In this document: positions 11,698 to 23,704 of the stretch, piece by piece | Layout of the letters: each line of letters starts with the position of its first letter | How positions within the stretch are numbered: the first letter of the stretch is position 1 | Origin: Octopus sinensis | Lineage: Eukaryota | NCBI RefSeq assembly: GCF_006345805.1 | Contig: NC_042997.1 | Location: 81,282,001 to 81,346,000 of the forward strand | Direction: 5' to 3' | Length of the DNA stretch: 64,000 nucleotides | Translations under genes and position numbers: made by a program | The notes under the pieces: model-generated | Database searches by the model: none | What the model was told of the DNA's origin: nothing | What the model saw: the letters and a program-made list of their open reading frames with translations, nothing else

Positions 11698-14384
11698 ACT
11701 TGGCGTGATTAAAATTAAATTTTATGACAATCTGTATTTAGAATACCATGTGCATTATTATGTTAGTACTTAATTTTTTTAAACTTACTTTATAGTAATA
11801 AAATTATCTCCCTTCGTTTCGAGTGAAAGGGGGAGTTCAAGCGAAACTCAATAGTAGTACTTTCACTTTAGAAAATGCTGCTTGGAACAAGCCAATAATA
11901 ATTTAACAATTACATTTCAATTTTACATTTAAAAAGATGTTTATTAATACTCAAAATAGAAATTCAATCCTGTGTCACCTTCATCGAAACTAAAATCCAA
12001 AACAATTGATGGTTTCAGCACAGAAGAGTTTATGGAAAAATTCAGGGCTTAAATCCTTAAGTTCAAGAAATTTAGGCGAGCTTTCAGAGAAAGTCTATCA
12101 AAACTCGCCTAAATTTAGTGCATAGAATTTTCAAAACAAAACTAAAAGGCATTTTCTTTTCCTTTTATAAAACAAAACCGTGGCAAACAACTTTTTTGAT
12201 CGCAGTATCAAATATAAGAGCTAAAACCGATTACGTAATATAAACAAATTCGAATGAATAAAAAATATTTATGAACTGACATGTATAGACTTGCGATGCA
12301 CAAGTCAAAACGTGTAAATGATATATTTCAAATGCATCAATAACCTAACTAGCTCAACCACAAAAATTTCAGCGATTGATTGATTATACAGGTAACTGTT
12401 GATTATTAGTTGAGATCATTTTTGCACACACATACATTCTGAACATATAAATTATAATTCATAAACTAAATAAAAAGTACAAGATATATTTAGTCTCAAC
12501 ACAATTATATCAACTGTAAAATATACGAAAATTGTAAATATTCATTACACGAACCCAAATATAAACAATAAAGCGATATTATTTTAACAAAACAATACAG
12601 GCTTGAACATTGAACACACGTAAGATACATGTTCAGTTATTCAATGGATTGTTTAAACGCACTCCATCTCCTCCCTTAAATATGCGTCTATATTAGATTC
12701 AAAAATTTAGGATTTCGACGCTTAAATTTTTGCAACCGTTATATTAAAATATTTGTATATATGAACCAAAATAAGAGGAACAAAAAACAAAATATTTTTA
12801 ATAAAATATAGCATTAAATAAAAACAATTGAACACAATAAGCCTCTTCCTTAGCGACTGACATCAAATAATTAAAAACACCTATATAGAAAAAGCATGGC
12901 CTTTCAACTTTCCAACCATTTTCTTTATTTTAACCATTACAGCATAGTATTTATTTGTCGGCCGTTAAAAGTTAAATTCACTTTTATCTTGTTAAAATAT
13001 GCATCCAAGTATTTCTATCGTATGATGATCTGGACACTTATACTTCATACAAATGCTGATCGTACATTCAAGAGGATGGATACTTTATATTTTACTTACA
13101 CTGCTGTAATAGAAAATGTAACAAATGGAACATGTTTTCAACCATTATTATAAATTGGTTCACTTTCTATACACGATCTCAGATCAAGACACAATTTCTC
13201 CAATTCAGTCATATTATTCTTAACCCTTTTAAGTCATCCCTGCACATGTACATTTTCTTTGCCGCCATAGAAACTAATGCAGGAAGCTTCGTTAGCAGAA
13301 TCCTAAATCTATTACTGCTAACTGCAGATTTACTAGTTTAATTTTATATATTTTTTACATCTAAGTTAAAAATTTACTTTTGGTGAAAATGATTACCTAT
13401 ATATAAATTTAATGGAACAAGTACGTATATTGTACACAAAACGAATATTTCTGAATGATATCGAATGCCTATATATCTTTAAATCCCTAAAATGTGCCAT
13501 TATCAATCATATCAAGTCATGTAACATTAGAGGGACGAACGAAACAGACCTACATGAAAATGCTAATATTTATTCTAAGAGCTTTATGATAAAATTTCAC
13601 GATTCGCATTATTGTATGTCACACTAATGACGAAACTGTTTATTTAATCCTTTTATTGTCAGATAAAAAAAAGTCAATATAATACATGCTAAGATTATTT
13701 TTAATATTGAATAACTTAGCAAAAAATTAGCAAGGCTTGAGAACTGAGAGAACTTAAACCGACACGCGGTGGATGCTCCTTTAAAACACCGAAGCAATAA
13801 GTATGTTTGTTGTAACGCTAGAAATGGCGGTCAAGCGCCAACAAGTTGAGATAGCTCACCTAGCTTATCGCCTGGTTTGAAGCTATCATTACATTACAAA
13901 TAGAAGATAAAATCTTGGATGAAATAATTCAGTACGGAAAAATAGTTAATGTTTGTAGCAAAACTATGTACTAATCAGCTATCAATAAATGGAGAAAATG
14001 TAGAGTGAGTGAACATGCAAGATAACACTAAAAACAAGACACTGGGTATTTATTTACGGTACTATTTATTTACTAAATGCATAAGAATTCTATAAACCGA
14101 ACGAAAGGAAAAAAAAAACCTTAGATCGTTTATAATTAATTTCTCAGTAGTGAAAAGACTAAATATAACATTTTCGACAGGGTTCCATCCGTAAATTGAT
14201 GCGATGTATTTAATGGCCTATACGATTCTTTTAAAAAGCAAATATATACATTTTCCTTTACAAGTGATAATTATATGAAATAAGATAACTACATTTATCA
14301 TAAATAAAAATCTTTTTTTTGTATAAAACCAAAATATAGATAAATTTGTTATAGTTAACTTACCTCGTTTTCCTTGTCACTCAT
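1143..14384 (-). CDS. tra2: Transformer-2 homolog (TRA2A/TRA2B-like SR protein), multi-exon gene span; final exon not located
   Basis: Exons 14384-14364, 8602-8361, 7191-7120, 7013-6999, 6803-6674, 5193-5065, 1856-1797, 1461-1346 and 1231-1143 all have GT-AG boundaries with matching phases. They translate to RS1, an RRM (CLGVFGLS...RGFAFVYF...[22 protein letters not shown]) and RS2, matching the TRA2 family signature. Confidence 0.95.
1346..1461 (-). CDS. tra2: tra2 RRM exon C ([38 protein letters not shown]), 116 nt
   Basis: tttcag acceptor, TRA2-specific linker HTPTPGIY, donor gtaagt. Confidence 0.96.
1797..1856 (-). CDS. tra2: tra2 RRM exon B ([20 protein letters not shown]), 60 nt
   Basis: tttttttgtag acceptor, RNP1 motif RGFAFVYF, donor GAG|gtaagt. 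Confidence 0.95.
2657..3678 (-). mobile_element. Internally deleted piggyBac element in a tra2 intron
   Basis: TTAA at 2653-2656 and 3679-3682. TIRs CCCTTTAGTTACTA and CCCTTTCGTTACTA (13/14). Frameshifted transposase remnant on the minus strand at about 2880-3095 ([23 protein letters not shown]; [12 protein letters not shown]). Confidence 0.88.
3830..4100 (-). mobile_element. Degraded SINE-like repeat (second family)
   Basis: Shares the gaaaggccaagt, ggcacaaggtc and tttgaactgagaatgtaaa segments with copies at about 58580-58770 and 60280-60480. Confidence 0.55.
4690..4880 (+). mobile_element. Mariner transposase N-terminal (HTH) fragment
   Basis: Degenerate translation [14 protein letters not shown]....[23 protein letters not shown] matches the mariner N-terminus. 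Confidence 0.7.
5065..5193 (-). CDS. tra2: tra2 RRM exon A ([27 protein letters not shown]...VVYDRQ), 129 nt
   Basis: tttttcctttcag acceptor, RNP2 motif LGVFGL, donor CAG|gtaata. Confidence 0.96.
6674..6803 (-). CDS. tra2: tra2 exon, end of RS1 ([14 protein letters not shown]...[13 protein letters not shown]), 130 nt, phase 2 to 0
   Basis: ctccttgcag acceptor and CGA|gtaagt donor. SPMSSRRR corresponds to SPMSTRRR of vertebrate TRA2B. Confidence 0.92.
6999..7013 (-). CDS. tra2: tra2 15-nt microexon (Y)SRSR(S), phase 2 to 2
   Basis: ctttatttcttacag|CTCAAGAAGCAGGAG|gtaagc: strong acceptor and donor, and it continues the RS frame. Confidence 0.8.
7120..7191 (-). CDS. tra2: tra2 RS exon, 72 nt, phase 2 to 2
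   Basis: ttgtaatag acceptor, (R)[23 protein letters not shown](Y), donor gtaagt. Confidence 0.85.
7370..7570 (+). mobile_element. RTE LINE 3' tail fragment in tra2 intron 2 (antisense to the gene)
   Basis: Contains ggcatcaggaaaagcatccagccatagaaaccatgcc...ccatccaacccatgccagca, shared with the other RTE tails in the window. Confidence 0.7.
8361..8602 (-). CDS. tra2: tra2 coding exon 2 (RS1 domain), 242 nt, phase 0 to 2
   Basis: ttttgttacag acceptor, [10 protein letters not shown]...[18 protein letters not shown], donor AG|gtaaat. Confidence 0.93.
9026..11370. mobile_element. Foldback-type DNA element with long and nested inverted repeats in tra2 intron 1
   Basis: Outer arms about 9026-9360 and 11071-11370. 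Inner pairs 9510-9600/9676-9772 and 9803-9897/10911-11001, all confirmed by reverse-complementing by eye. Confidence 0.75.
10247..10512. mobile_element. MITE with about 60-bp TIRs and 8-bp TSD, inserted in a SINE remnant inside the foldback
   Basis: AACATTAG direct repeat at 10239-10246 and 10513-10520. Arm ttcgatataactcga.aaaatca.aacatttcacttcg.gtatttccgtgg is present in both orientations. Confidence 0.8.
14364..14384 (-). CDS. tra2: tra2 coding exon 1 (MSDKENE), 21 nt, ends phase 0
   Basis: ATG AGT GAC AAG GAA AAC GAG followed by GTAAGT. Resembles the short MSD.. first exon of TRA2 genes and is in phase with exon 2. Confidence 0.8.
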
Positions 14385-15200
14385 TTTTGTTTTTTACTTT
14401 TGCTTAATGTTGATAAGATGTAAAACTATATTCAAATAAAAATTACTCTGCTACTAATGCGCAAAGTAGAAAAAAAAAGCAGAAACTTTCCCCAACGCTC
14501 TAATAACGAGCTGAGGTGACGGATAAGTTTGTTGTTTTTTTTTTTCTTCTCTAAATGCGTAGAGTCAGAAAAGAATCTCAACTACAACCATACGAGAGCA
14601 TGTGTGTAGAGAGAGAAAATATGGCGTAGAATAATCCTGTTCCCTCACTGTCTTACCTCTTACCTTCACTCACTCATTAAAACTCCTCCTTCTTTCACCT
14701 CGTTTTGGGTTGGTTTTTTTTTTCTAGAATCTCTCTCACTTCTTTAATCCCTCTTCCCGCTCCTCACATATACACGTCACATTTACAATATTACAAAAAG
14801 TATATACACAGAGAGAAGCTATACGCCTAAACAAATTTATACCGACATATACATGCACATGTGTGTGTATATGTAGTGATAAAGGAGGTTCATCTACGCG
14901 CCTTCTACAGAGGGAGAAGAGAAACATGTACGCGTTTTTATTAAATGTTGTTTCTATTGTTCAGAGTTACCGGAATTTACCGAATTTTGCCGATCGTTTT
15001 TGTATTCATGCACACACGCTTACACACAGCATTTATGTTTAATTAATAAACTAAGTAGGTATAGTTAATTTCTTAAGAAAATTACACGATATCGCAACTG
15101 CTGCATTTTAAAACCAGTTTATTTTACTAACTTAGATATTGAACTTAGGTAATATTAGTGTTTCGCGCCGAATCTGGATAAGGGCCAACAAATTTGTTAG
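14385..15200 (-). promoter_or_regulatory. Probable tra2 5' UTR and promoter region
   Basis: Lies directly upstream of the start codon, is free of recognisable transposons, and retains more CpG than the repeat-rich DNA further right. The TSS cannot be located from sequence. Confidence 0.5.
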
Positions 15201-15801
15201 ATGTTTTCTCGGCCAGAAGGTACAAAGACGAATTTGAAATAGCTAAGATTTGAACTTAAAAATAGAACCCCGAAAAACTAAGACAATACATATACTCTGA
15301 CGTTCAACCGATTATGCTAATTTCATTCAGTTTGTGGAAAGGAAAAGAAATTTTGACCCTTCGTTTTATAATTTGAAATGATACGAAATCATTTTTTAAT
15401 TCAAACTGGATATTCATTTAGTTTATTTTTAGTATGTGTTACTAAGATACTGTCCTAGACATTAAAGTATATTTTTTTTTATTCGATATCAAACTTCACT
15501 TGATAACTATCAATTACACAGCATTAAAAGTCATTCAAATATAATCACACGTATTAATTTTAACACTAACAGCAAATGCATGTAAAGAGATAAATATATT
15601 TACATTGACACTAAATTTGAAATGTGCGTAGGAGGAGAGTTAATTGTGTTTACTTTGAAAATAGTCATAAGCTTTCAGATAACTACGGTGGTTCAATTTC
15701 TCATAGAAATTATTTGGAAAACCATGTAGAGATTATACTTGGCCTGAAATAACTCATTGGAAAGACCATTTGTTAATAACTTTCGGCATCAAAGTTATTA
15801 A

Positions 15802-15852
<51 letters not shown>

Positions 15853-17773
15853 CCTATATGGATCTTTTCATTTTTGAAGCCAGGACCACAGATCTTTCTA
15901 CTTAACTAAATAATTAGAATTGAAAAGATCCTATTATATATATATATATATATATTATATGGACCTAATTGCTGTTCACCTTTTTAGGGCTTTAACGAAG
16001 TGAAGAGAAATGTCATAAGGATCGATATTGAATGATTGATGTACATATAGTAACATCCTACCGTCTCAAAAAGAGAAGGACACGTTTAATAATGGTCTTA
16101 AATATCCCTTTTAAAAATAGCGAGATAGTCACGGAGGTCTAATAAATGTTCATTTAAGACAGAAACTGTCAATTTAGTTCAGCTAAGAATTTGGTACAAA
16201 GAAACTTTTCTGAGACATTGTGCTTGATGGAAAATATGTTCGAAATCATTTAGGTTAACAGCGATTTTCTGACAGATTTTATAGCAATTTGAGTCTGCAA
16301 AAGGGAAGTTTATTGGGTTTAGGACAAACTGAACTGTATTGTTGCTTCTTAAAGAATGGTTAAATTGGCTTAAGAATCAAAACAAAAATAAATATAAGCA
16401 AGATAACTGCTACATTATATAGTTAGTGCTTCTAAGTAATTTCACTTGAAGGTTGTTAGTTATTTAAGTGGAAGTTGCCTCCATATACCAAAGAAATTTT
16501 AACTGAATTAAAGGGAAATGTCCTTTATAAATATTCAAGTTTCCCCCCACCCCAACATTTTTCTTGACATGTATTCTCTGTACAAATACGTCTTTTTAAT
16601 AAATTATATTTATGCTCAGTAATTGCGCTTCATTTTTCAGCTCCCATTTAAATGAATTCATTTGAGAAATTATGCAACTCTATACAGTCATGTACACACA
16701 CTCACTAATCCTTAAGGCGTAATATACGACCTAAAAGCAGCCAGATTACATTTAAAGGATATATGTTTATATTTCAAATTAAATTATTTTTTTATTCTTG
16801 TCAATTTAGAAATGAAAATTAAATATTAATCAACATTCGATTACATAACTCTCTTGTACATTAACAAATAAAAATCATTTCGGACAAAACTCAACGATTA
16901 TCTTGCAACTGTAAGGTAATCCATTTACTATCAGTTTTTTCCCCCTTTGGTAACCAATACTGAAGGTATGCTACGCATGTGCTTTATGAATGTAAGAGAA
17001 GCGATGAACTTTTCTCCATTTTCATCTTTTCTGGCTGATTATTTTAAAGAATGAATATATATATTTTTCTCACTTCTATATTTTTTATACCTTTCTTTTC
17101 CTTTTTCTCACGTTTTTCCATTTCTGTGAAAGAGTGGTGGTGTCTGTAGAAACACTGTTCCCTTTTGCTGTTGAGAGAGAGGGTCTGCCTAATATGTCAC
17201 TAGGTTTTTGATACCATCATCAAGTATTTATTTGCTTTTAGCATTTCCCTCTGTTGACATCAATCGGATCAAACCCTCTCAATTCCACTTTAACAGTCTC
17301 TGTATGCCCTTCGTTTGAGCTCTGTTGCTTTATGTCAGTTAAATTTTTTCATTGAATCTCGTGAGCCTCAAACCAGTGGGCGATGCTGTTATAAGCTGTC
17401 CCCTCAGCTCATAGCGTACAGTTTTCTATATCTCAGCATGTTACAGGATTTGTGAGGCATATTCCATATCATTGACTTCCAATTGGGCTATCCGCAGGAA
17501 CTGACGTAACTTATAAATCTTTCCATCAAAAATACTCTCTGGAAAATCAGCACATTGAAAAAGGCAAATAAAAAAAAAATCGACCAAACTACTAACATTT
17601 TTTTTATCCATAGGCTCGTGAACAGCCCCTAATATTTTTGGGCAGCAATAAAAACTCTGAACATCCTCTTGTAAATCGTCGTTGCGAAAATGAACAAGCA
17701 TAGAAACATTTTTTGACTGATTTCAAACATTACTTTTCCATTATAGGATTTATCTGACTTCGATGTACAAATA

Positions 17774-18172
17774 TATTTACTCTTTTACTTGTTTCAGTCA
17801 TTTGGAGCACCGCCTTTAGTCGAGCAAATCGCCCCAGGACTTATTCTTTGTAAGCCTAATACTTATTCTATCGGTCTATTTTGCCGAACCGCTATGTTAC
17901 GGGGACGTAAACACACCAGCATCGGTTGGCAAGCGATGTTGGGGGGGGGGAACAAACACAGACACACAAACATATACACACATACATACATATATATACA
18001 TATATACGACGGGCTTCTTTCAGTTTCCGTCTACCAAATCCACTCACAAGGCTTTGGTCGGCCCGAGGATATAATAGAAGACACTTGCCCAAGGTGCTAC
18101 GCAGTGGGACTGAACCCAGAACCATGTGGTTCATAAGCAAGCTACTTTACCACACAGCCACTCCTACACCTA
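17774..18172 (-). mobile_element. tRNA-derived SINE, near full length
   Basis: Reverse complement of the 34438-34860 copy, with head gagtggctgtgtggtaa..ggttc.gggttcagtcccactgcgt, internal (TA)/(CA) tract and tail tgactgaaacaagtaaaaga. Confidence 0.85.
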
Positions 18173-18579
18173 TTATTATTGTATCTGTGTTTGTTTTGAT
18201 ATTAAGACAGAAAAATATCAACCTTCTTTGTAAAAGATTTTGGACCGAAACAAATTTTGTTTCCACAAGTTTTTATCTCACTATCATGTCTAAGATCAAA
18301 AACTTCGGTCAAACTTTGATCCTCTTCTCCACTTACTAACACTCAAATTTCATATGTCTTATTCATCTCTGAGACTGATTTCTCACCAACTATTTCTAAA
18401 AACCACTTTCCCTTTTATCCTTGATATCAAAAATAAAAATATCTAATTATTTTGGCTCAAAATCTCCCTTCACCTAAATTCATCTTCTGTCTCTTCCACT
18501 CACTGACCTGCAGATAATGCAATCACATTTGCTGCCTGCTTTACTTCCAGCTCTACACAGTTCACAAAACAGGACTCCT

Positions 18580-19725
18580 TATAAACTATATTCCAGGCGT
18601 GGAAGCAAAATCTAGAATCTTAAAGTTAACTTAGCAAAGACTAAGGTCCTAGTAAGCAAGAAGACTGAAAGGACCCTAATCCCCTCAGGTAGGTGACCCT
18701 TTTCAATTTTTAGGAAAGGTGTAGGTAGGAATTCCATTTAGTACTTAGTGTAAGCTATGGACACACGAGATGCAGTGGATTAATAGGAAGGTTATCAGAG
18801 AAGATGGTTTTCATGTGTGGCAGATGCACAGGATCCATAAAAATTTTGGAAACCCAGTAAATTGATTCTCTCAAATGCCCTGGTGGCTCATTGGAGGTAG
18901 TAGATAATTTCTACCACCTAGGAGACCAAATTAGTAATGGGAGAGGATGCATGGAGATTATGATAGCTAGAATAAAATTAGGATGGAGCAAATTCAGAGA
19001 GCAGTTTCCTCTATTGGCCTGGCCATGAAAGATTTCCCTCTATGAGTGAAAGGAAGATTGTATAATGCATGTGTACAGACAACAATTCTACATGGTAGTG
19101 AGATGTTAGCCCTGAATACAGAGGACATGCAAAGGTTAGAAAGGAATGAGGCTAGTATGATCCACTGGTTGTGTAATATAAGTGTACATGTTTGACAGAT
19201 TGCTAATGTTTTGAGAGAGAAGTTAGGCTTAAGAGGAATTGGCTGCTGTGTTGTTTTGGTCATGTGACGCAGATGGATGCCAACAGCATCATAAAGAAGT
19301 GCCAATTTCAAAGTGGATGGAACACATGGAAGTAGGAGACCCAGTTAGACATGGAATGAAGTACTGAAGAACAACTTCAGGAAGCTGAACCTTTCATGCA
19401 ATATGACAAAAGACCAAAATGCTTGGTGCCTTGCTGTACTCAAGAAGACCTGTACTCTGTAGCAGAAGTGTTAAGACCAGTTCCGCTGGTGGCGAAAAGC
19501 ACTCATGGTAGTTCCACATAAAAGTGCTACGTAAAAGTGTCCATGCAGTGCCATGTAAAAGTACCCAGCACATTCTGTAAAGTGGTTGGTGTTAGGAAGG
19601 GTACCCAGCTGTAGAAACCATGCCAAATCAGACTGGAGCCTGGTGCAGCTTGCCAGCTCTGGTCAAACCATCCAACCCATGCCAGCATGGACAGCACATT
19701 TTAAATGATGATGATGATGATGTTT
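18580..19725 (+). mobile_element. RTE-clade LINE, 3' part of ORF2 plus 3' tail, decayed
   Basis: LKVNLAKTKVLVS, LEVVDNF.HLGDQIS, VKGRLYNACVQ..ILHGSE, RLERNEASM motifs with stops and frameshifts; ends in (GAT)n at about 19707-19722. Confidence 0.9.
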
Positions 19726-21761
19726 AATCAACACACAAGTTGAGTGCAGAAACTTCTTCAATCACTCCAACTTTAAAAAAAAAAAAACACTGTTGGTCTC
19801 CATAGTTTCACTTCCATAACTTGCAAACAGTTTTTTGTTTTGTTAAAGCTAGCTGCTTTCCTCACCAAGCTCTTCAATCTTACTTTATAGGAATATACTA
19901 TAATAACTTATGGAAGAATGCAACGAGGAAACCCTAAAAAGACAATAACTTTGACCCTGCCAACTTATCTAAGGCCTACACAACTGAGCATCACAAAAGT
20001 GATGGAGAAAATTTGTAAACAACCAATTTTTTTTATCACCTCCATGAGTTTTTCTTTTTTTAGTTATCACTAGAATTCCAATAGTCTTTCTTAAGTACAT
20101 TATCATGCCCTTCTCTGTCACTCCCAACAACATACCCCTTGGTAATTCTTCTTGCACAATAACCTCCTGTGTGCATACACACACACACACACACACAGGT
20201 GTCTGTTAACCAAAATCAACTATCAAATCTCATCTCAGACTGGTATTGCTCTCTTGTTGTTGTTGAACATATCAGTGTGATCATTGCAATAGGCTTCTGC
20301 TAAAGGATCTATTTCATCTTGACAAGGTCATTACCCGACAGCTTAGCTGCTAGTGATGACAAGGCAGTACTAATTCACAACCTTGGCTCACCATTTCTTT
20401 AGTCTTGTAGGACATTGTACACATACAAGTATTGTTCTGTTTTGTTTTTGTTTTTAAGGGTTCATACACACATGAATACATAATATTTCAAAACTAGGCT
20501 CAGTCATATTTTTATGAAGGGAATAAATAATTATAATAAACCCACTTCTCTATTTTATCATCTTTAGAAGGATGAAAAACAAAGTTGACCCTATATGATT
20601 TAAACACACATAATATGAAATTTGATACTTTATATATTGACTGACAATTATTTCGTATACTTATTTTTTTTTATTCTACTGAAGGCCTCATGGTTATGGT
20701 GTTACATTCATGATCAAAAGATTGTGGATTCAATTCCTGGACTAGGTAGTGCATTGTGTCCTTGAGCAAGGCATTCCATTTCCTATTGCTCCAGTCTATT
20801 TAACTGAAATAAGCAGAGTGTTGATGCACAATTTGGACATTCTACTTGGTGGAAGATGGAAGAGCTAAGAAGATGTTTATGTCTGCTCACAATTAAATTG
20901 ATATCCAAAACAATTAATAAATGCATGGTAAATACCACCAGGTGAGTCCTGGCTATATTCTTTCAATCCTATACATATTTACCCCTGATTTTTGTTGCAT
21001 TAAAATATTTATTTTTCATTATAATATTCTTTATTTTTCTTTTTGCTTCTTTTTTAGCTGAACAAAAACTCTGGCCTACACTGTTCATAACCTAAGAAAC
21101 ATGTTTATTTTTAGCATATTCTCGGTGTAGATAGTTGCATCAGTCAAATACATGAACATACACAAACCAATAAGAGAATCTCTATGATTTCGTTCATCAT
21201 GTTAGAAATAACAACCAAATTTCTTTCCATTCACACCCTACCATTTTAAAAAATGAAGGGCACACTGAATATTGTCATTTTAGATATGGCATTAATACAT
21301 GATTAGTATGGTTTTTGAGTATAAGTCATTACGACTGAGAATGAGCTGGAGTTAAACAACAACATAAGCAAACATTAGAACAACTTACTGTATGTCAGTT
21401 CTGTTGCAAACAATCGATCCCCCTTCCAGTTGGTCAAAAACCTTAGGTCCTGTTTCTTCTAATACATTTGTTTTCTAAAACAATCATTCTTGTAGCTCAG
21501 AATCTATGAAAGTAAGAAAGTTCAACTACATCGATGCATCAAAAAATTAACAAAACAAATTGTTGAAAAATCATTTTTGTCACATTTTTTCATGATTTAA
21601 CTTTTTTACAAGTTATTTGAGATAAAATATACAATCAATCTCCATTTTGATATGTGGTATGCAGAGTGGGAAATGAAATACGATAAACAAAATGCAGAAA
21701 ATTAAATACAAAAGATGTAAGTTCAGGCACATATGTATGTAGTAACATTATTTCTTTCAAA

Positions 21762-21881
21762 GTGAGCTAGCAGAAACGTTAGCACGCCAGATGAAGTGCT
21801 TCGCAGTTGTGTACTGGGGTCGATCTAATTGACTGACTCCACTCTCCAAAAATTTTGGGCCTTGTGCCTTGAGGAGAAAAG
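21762..21881 (+). mobile_element. 120-bp internally deleted SINE-like insertion with 18-bp TSD
   Basis: AACATTATTTCTTTCAAA is repeated exactly at 21744-21761 and 21882-21899. Confidence 0.8.
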
Positions 21882-22509
21882 AACATTATTTCTTTCAAAC
21901 ATTGACCTAAATAGTCAGTAGTGCAAAACACATTCATAGATTGTCTGCATATGTAAGGAAGACTTTTATATTCATTTGTAAAATCATTTTTAATATTAAA
22001 GTCAAATATGTATATTTTTTTCTATTATATTACATTAAGGGCTGTTACTAAGTAAAGCCACTCACTGGAAAGGGTGTGGCTTTACTTATAGTAACAATCT
22101 TAATGTAATAATGTATTTTTAAAAATTATATACTTAGTTTTAATTTTTTTACCTTAATCGGTTTTACATACTGGCTACTTCATAAAATCTTATATAGATT
22201 TTATCCATATATTTAATTGATATCTTTTCTCCTATGTATATAACAAAATGCACATCTAGTCTAACATTGTATTTCATATTTTTATATTCATGTAAGTTCA
22301 CACATTTATATATACACAGTCAGATATATACTGTTAGAATATATATAAATATTAGTTTTTTTTAAAAGAAGTGTAAGGAAAATGGCAAAAATTTGCCTTA
22401 AGACCTTTGTCTGAATGTAAATTTTTATGATGTGCATGAATTTAAGTTCATTCACTCTTAAATTGTGCTGTATGTGAAGCATAAGTATGTTTAAATGATA
22501 TTATCCAAA

Positions 22510-22760
22510 TGTGTTGAGAAAAACTGGGCATGAAAGGAATCAGATGTAGTGTGCAAGGGGGAGGGCAGCTCTGGTAAGAAGATGTGATGTGTATGGATGA
22601 GGCCAGCTGTATAAAGAAGTGCTGATCACTTAATATCGATGGAGTTTGCAGAAGAGAAAGCCATGTAATGAAATACTGAAGGTTAATCTCAGGACTTTGA
22701 ATCTTATGGATGAGATGACAAAGGACCAGCATGACTGTTATTATGCAGTTCTCAAGAAGA
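22510..22760 (+). mobile_element. RTE LINE ORF2 C-terminal remnant
   Basis: REKLGMKGIRCSVQ...MDEASCIKKC...EILKVNLRTLNL..EMTKD, same region as the 41840-42190 copy. Confidence 0.7.
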
Positions 22761-22982
22761 CTTGCTAACCTCAGTGAAACTGAACTCTGGAAGTAGTGTG
22801 TGTGTGTGTGTGTGCATATGTGTATGTGTGTATACACATATGAGCCCTTCATCCAATTTCTTACTTAAGACATCTCCAGCACTCATCATCTCTCTAAGTT
22901 CACCCTTATACTATCCTCTCCAGCTATATTTTACATTGATCCTCCCACTCTAAGCCACTAATTTATCTCCACTTCTATATCA

Positions 22983-23020
<38 letters not shown>

Positions 23021-23564
23021 TCTCTCTCTCTCTCTGTTTCTTTCTTCTGCTGTCTGCTGCTTCAACATTACTATTCTGCTATTTTTCACCCCTATGCATC
23101 ATTGGACATAGCCCCACCTTATCCACCATTCTTCAACACTCATCCCTTAACAGATATTGTTTATTCATAATATTCACACATCCATTCACTCATTTCCAAA
23201 CTCTTGCTTACCCATACACTCTTGCAATCTCTACACACCCACACTTCTGATTCCTCTGTCTCCACTCACTTCAATTCTCCTCATACTTTGAAGGTTCTCC
23301 CAGACACCTTGCCACTATTTTTTTGTCTCTTCTGAACTCCACCCCATCATCCCCATCCTCTCTCCTAAAATGTGAGTTACCTTGTAGCTTCCTTAGAACA
23401 AGAAACCTGTTGCACCTGAGCCTCTTCCCTCATATTTTAACCCCTAATCTTTTGGCATAAAGCTGCCTTACTCTTTATCTGATATTAAACTTTTAATACT
23501 TTTTGATAGTTATATTTAATATTTAGAAAAAAAAAATAAATAAATAAAAAAATAGATAATAATA

Positions 23565-23597
<33 letters not shown>

Positions 23598-23704
23598 ATA
23601 TATATATATTTAAAAATTTATAGGTATAAATTATTAATTTAAATAATTTTTTAAAATTTTAACTTTAATTTAAATATTTAAAATTTTGAATTTTATATTT
23701 TACT

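Noticed and set aside
17150-17720. Coding-looking stretch (ORF 17441-17701)
   Set aside because: No recognisable motif or splice context. Probably a decayed transposase, but I cannot assign it without a translated search.
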